From: a bacterium | Lineage (GTDB): Bacteria > Babelota > Babeliae > Babelales > RVW-14 | Assembly (NCBI GenBank): GCA_043822925.1 | Contig: JBDRBF010000002.1 | Span: forward strand, 34,840-98,839 | Length of the DNA: 64,000 bases | Direction: 5' to 3' | The notes under the pieces: model-generated | Seen by the model: the letters and a program-made list of their open reading frames with translations, nothing else | The model's database searches: none | What the model was told of the DNA's origin: nothing | Program-made: the position numbers and the translations under genes | In this document: piece by piece, positions 57,584 through 64,000 of the stretch | How the letters are laid out: the number at the start of each line of letters is the position of its first letter | Numbering within the stretch: position 1 is the first letter of the stretch

Positions 57584-59614
57584 ATGAGAAGGCTGAATAC
57601 GTTATTGTCTTCATCATGTGCAGCGATATCAGGTGCAGTGTTGTTGTTCTTTGCTATTTTTTCAGGATCTGTGTCAGAGGCAAAGCCGCTTGAATATAAT
57701 AAATTATATCAAATGAGTGCGGCTGCTGCTCCGTCTACTGGTAGGGTTATTTGGGTGCATGGAAATAGTCGAAATATAAATAATAACGTTGGAGATGTTG
57801 CTCGTTCTGGTTCTCATAGATTGCCAGCGCCAGCTCCAGACAATCATCATGAATTGTTACTTGGCGTTGCCGATCCAGCTAAAGATAAGCGCGATCAAGA
57901 TGGTTGCCAATTTATACTTATTCAATCAGCAACCAATCCTGAACAACTAGGTGCTATTAAATATGGCGAGCCAGTATTATTTATTTCTTTTTTTTCTGGG
58001 CCGGGATTGCCTAATGAATCTGGTTTGGTAAATTCAGATCCTCGTATTTGGTGGGCTCATTTTCCATCAAGATTTCCAGTTACAGAATCTTATGGTCCAA
58101 AAGTAGGTGATACTCGTAACGCTAAACATTGGGGTGGTAAAGGGTATGGCGAAATCGTTGTTTCAGTCCCAACATTTGCAGCTACTCAAAAAGAGTTTGC
58201 TCATTTTGAATTTGTAAGTGCTACTGGTGCAGAAGGCGCTGAGATTCAAGATACAGATATTGTAAATATTAAGAGTTTAGCCAATAATCCAAATTTAAAA
58301 GATGCGCTTGTATGGTATTTTTCAGATTCACGTTGGGGTAATGGATTCCATGAACTTTTGATTGGAGCCCCTCCAGGAGATAATCGTCCTAACGTACAAA
58401 ATAAGTTCAAAGTACAGGAAATTGATTCAGCAAATCTTGGGTTGGCTCATGATGCTTATGTTCGTTTTATTACGAATCCAGAATATGCATCGTATAGTAA
58501 ATATATGGAAATAGAGCATAAACCAGGAGGGTCTTCATTTATTTATACTCCAGAGTTTAATACACCAGGACAAGTGCTTTTTGCAGAAAATTGGCATTTA
58601 GGTGAAAAAGGCAATGGCTGGGTAACATTTAAAGCAAAAGCTCAAAGTGATATTTATGTTGTTTTTGCAACAGATGATAAAAAAGTAATGATCGACCAAG
58701 GCCGTGAAAAAGGTTCAGATTATCGTTTGGTAATTGGTGGCGGTGATAATACTTTCCATGATTTACGTAAATGCATCGGCAAGACATTAATTAGTGGGCA
58801 AATGGTTCCAGATAATGCTTTAGGTATACCATTTGTTGATGGAAATGTTGATCCAGAATCAATGATAAAAGCTGACCAGTGGACAGATTATTGGTTTAGT
58901 GTTGATAATAATTCTGAGTTATCATTTGGAATAGGTGCTCAAGTTGGTGTTAATCCTATGATGACCTGGAAAGATTTAAAACAACCACTTAAGCATGTTT
59001 ATTATGTTGGCTTTGGTGGACTTAATACTGAAGTTGAATTTAAAGATATTCAATTTAGCTCGGTGGTTATTGATACCCCTGAAGAATTAGCTGTATTACG
59101 CGAAAAACTTAATAAAGAAAAAGCTGCTCTTGTAACTGAAGAAGCTGCTCTTATTCAAGAAGAAAAAGCTTTAGTAGATAAAGCGGCAGAATTTGTTGCA
59201 CAAGGTCAGATTGAGCAGCCTACAGAAAAAGTAGTACCTGTAAAAGAAGTGTCAGTATCAGCTCCTGTCGTTAAAAAAGCTGTAACTAAAAAAGCTGTAG
59301 CAAAGAAAAAAACAGCAACTAAAAAAACAACTAAAAAAGCTGCGACTAAAAAGTCTGGAGCTAAAAAAACTGCGACTAAAAAGTCTGGAGCTAAAAAAGC
59401 TGTAGCCAAAAAGCCAGGAGCTAAAAAAGCTGTAGCCAAAAAGCCAGGAGCTAAAAAAACAGCAGCCAAAAAGCATGTGACGAAAAAGAAAGTTGTTAAA
59501 AAAGCAACGAAAAAAGCTCCAGCTGCGCAACCAGTAGCAGCTCCAGCACAAGCAACGGTAATGGCAGATGTTCCAGTTGCTTCAGATGCAGTGCCAGTTC
59601 AAGAAATAATTTAA
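57584..59614 (+). CDS. Secreted multidomain protein: beta-trefoil-like repeats, Methyltransf_FA-like domain, histone-H1-like tail
   Basis: AAGGAG RBS and signal peptide; threefold W...SR...ELLxG repeat; FKAKAQSDIYV...YRLVIGG..NT...YW; KK(A/P/S)xA pentapeptides. Confidence 0.75.
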   Translation: MRRLNTLLSSSCAAISGAVLLFFAIFSGSVSEAKPLEYNKLYQMSAAAAPSTGRVIWVHGNSRNINNNVGDVARSGSHRLPAPAPDNHHELLLGVADPAKDKRDQDGCQFILIQSATNPEQLGAIKYGEPVLFISFFSGPGLPNESGLVNSDPRIWWAHFPSRFPVTESYGPKVGDTRNAKHWGGKGYGEIVVSVPTFAATQKEFAHFEFVSATGAEGAEIQDTDIVNIKSLANNPNLKDALVWYFSDSRWGNGFHELLIGAPPGDNRPNVQNKFKVQEIDSANLGLAHDAYVRFITNPEYASYSKYMEIEHKPGGSSFIYTPEFNTPGQVLFAENWHLGEKGNGWVTFKAKAQSDIYVVFATDDKKVMIDQGREKGSDYRLVIGGGDNTFHDLRKCIGKTLISGQMVPDNALGIPFVDGNVDPESMIKADQWTDYWFSVDNNSELSFGIGAQVGVNPMMTWKDLKQPLKHVYYVGFGGLNTEVEFKDIQFSSVVIDTPEELAVLREKLNKEKAALVTEEAALIQEEKALVDKAAEFVAQGQIEQPTEKVVPVKEVSVSAPVVKKAVTKKAVAKKKTATKKTTKKAATKKSGAKKTATKKSGAKKAVAKKPGAKKAVAKKPGAKKTAAKKHVTKKKVVKKATKKAPAAQPVAAPAQATVMADVPVASDAVPVQEII

Positions 59615-59700
59615 AACTAATAAGGGGTTCAGAGCTGTTGGCTCTGGCCCCTAAACTATAAAATAATCTTGTATTATGAAAAAATTTGAGGAGAGAAATA

Positions 59701-60378
59701 ATGAGAAAAATTTTTATGACGGTGCTCGGTCTTGGGTTCTGTTGCTTTAGGCTTATGTCTGTTGAAATGCCAGTAATGCCAGGAACAACAGTTGCTGCAT
59801 TGACGGAAGTTGTTACGCCAGAAGTTAAGGCGTTTTTTGAGGCTGAAAAAGCCTTGAAAGCAAAAAGAGCTGATTTTGATAAGCGTGAAGCTGATTTCTT
59901 AAAGAGAGAGGCTGAGCTTAATGATTTAGAAGCTAAAATAACAGGAAAATCTTCAGTTTCAGCTCCTGTTGCAGTTGCTCCAGTGGCAGTTGCGCCTGAA
60001 GTTGTGGCTCCGGGTACAGTTGCTCCAGCAGTTGTAGCGCAACCAACAGAAACTCCAGCTTCAGTTGTTAAGAAAGCTGTTGCTAAGAAAAAAACAACTA
60101 AAAAGATATCTAAAAAAACAGCAACTAAAAAAGTCGCAGCGAAAAAGCCAGGAGCGAAAAAGCCAGGAGCGAAGAAGCCAGGAGTTAAAAAAGTCGCAGC
60201 GAAGAAGCCAGCAACGAAGAAAGCTGTAACCAAAAAAACAGCAGCTAAAAAGTCTGCGACAACTAAGAAAGCAACAAGAAAAGTCGTTAAAAAAGTGAAG
60301 AAAAAAGCTCCAGCTGCGCAACCAGTTATAGCGTCAGAGTCAGTTGTTGCGGAAACAGCTCCAGTTGTAACTCAATAA
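59701..60378 (+). CDS. Secreted protein with a coiled coil, VAP repeats and a histone-H1-like Lys/Ala tail
   Basis: GAGGAG RBS; signal peptide; KKPGA repeats. Confidence 0.8.
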   Translation: MRKIFMTVLGLGFCCFRLMSVEMPVMPGTTVAALTEVVTPEVKAFFEAEKALKAKRADFDKREADFLKREAELNDLEAKITGKSSVSAPVAVAPVAVAPEVVAPGTVAPAVVAQPTETPASVVKKAVAKKKTTKKISKKTATKKVAAKKPGAKKPGAKKPGVKKVAAKKPATKKAVTKKTAAKKSATTKKATRKVVKKVKKKAPAAQPVIASESVVAETAPVVTQ

Positions 60379-60407
60379 GAGTACATAGACAATTTCAAAG
60401 AAATATG

Positions 60408-60457
60408 AACACGAGTGGGTAGAGATTTAAAGAGTCTTTGCCCATTCGTGTTTTTTT
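60408..60457 (+). terminator. Intrinsic terminator
   Basis: aacacgagtgggtagaga...tctttgcccattcgtgttttttt. Confidence 0.7.
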
Positions 60458-60578
60458 GATTTGTTCTGAGTTTAAATGGCAAGTTCTTGAAAAACGAGAA
60501 GAGATAAGGATAAACTAATATTATGTTGTTAATTACAAAGAGAGTAGTTCTTGGCTTTTTATCTAAGGGAGAAGTTAT

Positions 60579-62603
60579 ATGAGATTGATGAAGAAACTAT
60601 TAGCGCTTGTTTTTGCGCTGGTGGCAATGGGCCAGATTTATGCTGATATGGTGCCAGATGTTTGGATTATAGGATCAGATAATCAACCATATTTTAGAAA
60701 GGGAATTGCAAAAGATGTGCCTCAGGGTTTTGATTGGGAAAAAGCTGAGATGCCAGCAGGCGAAAAGGCTCAATTTGTGAGCGTCGGGCCAAATGGTCAA
60801 GTGTGGGTTATTGGTGCAGCTATTCCATCAAGAGCTCCTGATGGGCCTCTGTATTACCGTGTAGGCGTTACGCCAGTTACTCCTAAGGGTACTAGTTGGG
60901 AAAAGATTAGTGGTTTTGCGATATGCGTTGCCGTTAGTAATAACTTTGTGATACATACGAATCGTTTGGGTGAAATTTACGCTAGTTCAGCAATTACTGA
61001 TGCAAATTTTAAGGCTGCAACATGGAAAAAAGTCGATGGAACGATTAAACTCATTTCTATTAATAAAGACGATATAGTATGGGGAATTCAAGAACCAGTA
61101 GGAAATAAAAAGATTTATGTTTGGGATAAACCTTTTGCTGAAGCAGATTTTAATTCTGTCCCTTGGGCTAGCCATTGGAAGCCTGTTGAGGGAGGACTTT
61201 CCCAACTTTCCGTTGGTCCTGATCTGGATGGTCAACGTTTAGTTTGGGGTGTTTCAGATACATATATTTTTTATAGAGTAGGAGTAACTACTGTTGTTCC
61301 ATGGGGAAGAGTTGCATGGAATAGGGTAGCTGGTGGGCTTACCAGCCTTTCGGTTGCTCCTTACCCTGTGAAAATTGGGGGTGTAGATAAAGGAATGGTT
61401 TGGGGAGTTGGTAGTTCTGGAAATATTTTTTATAAAAATGATGTAGTCGCAGGTGGAGACGGTGGAGCGTGGAAAGGTCTTGATGGATTAGCAAAACAGA
61501 TTAGTGTTGGTGGTATTGCTGAGTTTGATAAAGCAGTGTCAGCTCCAACGCCAGCTGTTCCAGCGCCAGCAGTACCAGCAGTACCAGCAGTGCCAGCGCC
61601 AGCAGTACCAGTACAATCGGTAATGGTGATAGATTTTGGATCTGATTCATCAAAAAACATTGAAATGATTTCGAATGTCAACAAAGGTACCGATATAGTA
61701 AATAAAATACATAATGTATTAACCTTGCTCGACAAAGCTAAAGATAAAACTTTTGATGCATCAATACAAGATACTTTTGCTATGACGTTAGTTAATACAT
61801 CCGGTCAGGCTAAAAATATTTTGGCATCTATGTTGCAGGTTTTACAAACAGCTCAGAAAACTTCGTTACTAAGTTCTGGCCAACAGGCTTATGTTACTCA
61901 AATGATGATTCCATCTTATATCGTCAAAGCTGATGTGTTGCCAGCATCTAGTCAACCAACAACGCCAATGACAGCGGCATCTGTTCTTGATGCTATTACA
62001 GCTATAAATAACGATTCTAATTTAGCAAGCAAAATACAGGGCGCGGTAAATTTGATGGCTAAAGCAGCTGGACAAAGTTTTGATGGTGCGACGCAGGATA
62101 ATTTTGGAATGTTTTTGGTGAATTTGTCGAGTAGCGTTCAGGTTATTCTTCCATTGATTCAACAGGTTTTAAAAATAGCGGCGCAAACGCCATTGCTTAA
62201 TGCTATGCAACAAGCGTATGTTACAAATACAATGATTCCATTGTTTACGAGTAAGCCAGATACGTCGGCGGCAGATAAAGCAGCGGCAGATAAAGCAGCG
62301 GCAGATGCAGCGGCGGCACAAGCGGCGGCAGATAAAGCAGCGGCAGATAAAGCGGCGGCAGATAAAGCGGCGGCAGATAAAGCAGCATCAGATGCAGCGG
62401 CGGCACAAGCGGCGGCACAAGCGGCAGCAATTAAAGCTGCAGCGGCGCAAGCAGCAGCACTTAAAGTTGCTACTCCAGTAGTTAAGAAAGCAGTAGTTAA
62501 GAAAGCAGTAGTTAAAAAACCAGTAGCCAAAAAAACAGTAAAGAAAGTAATCAGGAAGAAGGTTGTAAAAAAGAAAGCAGCAATGCCAGCTGTAAAAAGG
62601 TAG
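60579..62603 (+). CDS. Secreted tectonin (TECPR/Hyd_WA)-type beta-propeller protein with helical repeats, AADKA repeats and a basic tail
   Basis: Repeated W..V.G.L.Q.SVG....VWGV......YR.G units. Confidence 0.85.
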   Translation: MRLMKKLLALVFALVAMGQIYADMVPDVWIIGSDNQPYFRKGIAKDVPQGFDWEKAEMPAGEKAQFVSVGPNGQVWVIGAAIPSRAPDGPLYYRVGVTPVTPKGTSWEKISGFAICVAVSNNFVIHTNRLGEIYASSAITDANFKAATWKKVDGTIKLISINKDDIVWGIQEPVGNKKIYVWDKPFAEADFNSVPWASHWKPVEGGLSQLSVGPDLDGQRLVWGVSDTYIFYRVGVTTVVPWGRVAWNRVAGGLTSLSVAPYPVKIGGVDKGMVWGVGSSGNIFYKNDVVAGGDGGAWKGLDGLAKQISVGGIAEFDKAVSAPTPAVPAPAVPAVPAVPAPAVPVQSVMVIDFGSDSSKNIEMISNVNKGTDIVNKIHNVLTLLDKAKDKTFDASIQDTFAMTLVNTSGQAKNILASMLQVLQTAQKTSLLSSGQQAYVTQMMIPSYIVKADVLPASSQPTTPMTAASVLDAITAINNDSNLASKIQGAVNLMAKAAGQSFDGATQDNFGMFLVNLSSSVQVILPLIQQVLKIAAQTPLLNAMQQAYVTNTMIPLFTSKPDTSAADKAAADKAAADAAAAQAAADKAAADKAAADKAAADKAASDAAAAQAAAQAAAIKAAAAQAAALKVATPVVKKAVVKKAVVKKPVAKKTVKKVIRKKVVKKKAAMPAVKR

Positions 62604-62668
62604 CACCAATGGTAGTGCTCGGAAAGATTCGAAGTTAAAAAACACTATTTAATATGCAAAGTTCTTAT

Positions 62669-62715
62669 ATAAGCGGGCAGCGACTTTTATAATCGCTGCC
62701 CGCTTATGTTTTTTT
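62669..62715 (+). terminator. Intrinsic terminator
   Basis: ataagcgggcagcga...tcgctgcccgcttat followed by a T run. Confidence 0.8.
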
Positions 62716-62836
62716 GATTGGTTTTGAGTTTAAACGGTAAGGTCTTGAAATGTGACTTGGGATAAGCATAAACTAATATTATGTTGTTAATTACAAAGAG
62801 AGTGGTTCTAGGTTTTTTATCTAAGGGAGATGTGAT

Positions 62837-64000
62837 ATGAGATTGATGAAGAAACTGTTAGCGCTTGTGTTTGCGCTGCTGGCAATGGGGCATGTTTATG
62901 CTGATATGGTACCGGCTGTTTGGGGCGTAAATGTTGGAAATTTACTTTATTTTAGATCCGGCGTTACAAAAGAAGTTCTGACTGGTACTGGTTGGGTTAA
63001 TATTGCAGGGCCAGAAGGTAAGGGAATTAAATATGTGAGCGTTAGTCCAAAAGGCCAAGTTTGGATAACGACTGTAACTGATGAGATTTATTATCGAAAA
63101 GGTATTGCTCCAGCAAATCCAACGGGAACAGAATGGTTTCAACCAGAAGATAGATCTATTGTTCGTGGCGTAAAAGTCGTCGTGAGCGATGATTCTATAT
63201 GGCATATTAATAGTCTTGGTGTTATTTACGTTGCAATAACGTCTGATGCAAATCCTGCATCACTTAATTGGATAAAGGTTCCTGGAAGCCTTTCAGATAT
63301 CTCAGTAAATAAAGATGGGGTTGTTTGGGGCGTTAATAGTAATAATGATATATTTTTTTGGAACGCATTCGTTAAAACGCAAGCTGATGTGACTGGCAAC
63401 AAATGGATACAAGTTCCCGGAAAACTTTCTCAAATTACGGTTGGTTCTGTTAATGGGCAACCGTTAGTTTGGGGTGTTAATAAAGACGGTTATAGTTTTT
63501 ATAGAAAAGATGCGTCGCTTTCAAGTCTTATAGGTACAGATTGGACCCAGGTTGATGGTGCTCGCTCTTATAAGTATGTTTCTGCTGATAATTTTAAAGG
63601 GGTCTTGTGGGCTATTGATTTTAATGATCATGTTTTTGTTAAAACAGGAGTAGATCTAAATAACGCAGGAACTAATTGGAATCCGGTTGCTGGCGGGCTG
63701 AGACAGATTAGCGTTGGAAATATTGCTGTGTTTGATAGGATGGAATTAATAGTAGGTATAAAGCCATACCATGAAGATAGGGATCTAATAGCAGCGAAAA
63801 TAGCAGCAGCAGATAAAGCAGCGGCAGATAAAGCAGCAGCAGATAAAGCAGCAGCAGATAAAGCGGCGGCAGATGCAGCGGCAGAAAAAGCAGCGGCAGA
63901 AAAAGCAGCGGCTGATAAAGCGGCGGCTGATAAAGCGGCGGCTGATAAAGCAGCGGCTGATAAAGCGGCGGCTGATAAAGCAGCGGCAGAAGCAGCGCTG
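62837..64000 (+). CDS. Second tectonin-repeat paralog, truncated by the window end and absent from the ORF track
   Basis: MRLMKKLLALVFALLAMGHVYADMVP start; W.KVPGSL..ISV...VWGVN repeats; AADKA array at the window end. Confidence 0.88.
   Translation, partial: MRLMKKLLALVFALLAMGHVYADMVPAVWGVNVGNLLYFRSGVTKEVLTGTGWVNIAGPEGKGIKYVSVSPKGQVWITTVTDEIYYRKGIAPANPTGTEWFQPEDRSIVRGVKVVVSDDSIWHINSLGVIYVAITSDANPASLNWIKVPGSLSDISVNKDGVVWGVNSNNDIFFWNAFVKTQADVTGNKWIQVPGKLSQITVGSVNGQPLVWGVNKDGYSFYRKDASLSSLIGTDWTQVDGARSYKYVSADNFKGVLWAIDFNDHVFVKTGVDLNNAGTNWNPVAGGLRQISVGNIAVFDRMELIVGIKPYHEDRDLIAAKIAAADKAAADKAAADKAAADKAAADAAAEKAAAEKAAADKAAADKAAADKAAADKAAADKAAAEAAL

Noticed and set aside
59206-60321. Long antisense ORFs (e.g. 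59496..60233); also 62159..62530
   Set aside because: Stop-free shadows of low-complexity Lys/Ala coding repeats on the plus strand.
63790-63990. 15-nt tandem array at the window end
   Set aside because: It is the coding AADKA repeat of the second tectonin gene, not a non-coding array.

Overview
AT-rich chromosomal segment of a diderm bacterium (BamA, Tol system, KdsC, LptC-like protein). Shattered housekeeping operons alternate with signal-peptide-bearing proteins that carry eukaryote-type domains (RBR-like, Skp1/BTB-like, ankyrin, HEAT, tectonin). That pattern suggests an intracellular protist-associated lineage such as Babelota/Dependentiae (TM6); this is inference only. About 50 CDS and one tRNA-Ala(GGC) are supported. 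No CRISPR, rRNA, integrase or transposase was seen. Three things stand out. (1) A small GIY-YIG nuclease gene sits between exact 31-bp inverted palindromes. Three palindromic repeat families (here A, B, C) are dispersed across the window, nest inside one another at a recurrent loop position, and are inserted in frame in gpsA, tolB and polA. This resembles a REP/RAYT-like system but with a GIY-YIG enzyme. (2) A secreted RING-between-RING (RBR) E3 ligase-like protein and a secreted Skp1-like protein are present. (3) An ankyrin gene is bracketed by a duplicated 3' end of ruvX, and a tandem cluster of secreted lectin-like proteins carries histone-H1-like tails. All calls are by-eye motif recognition; no database searches were run.
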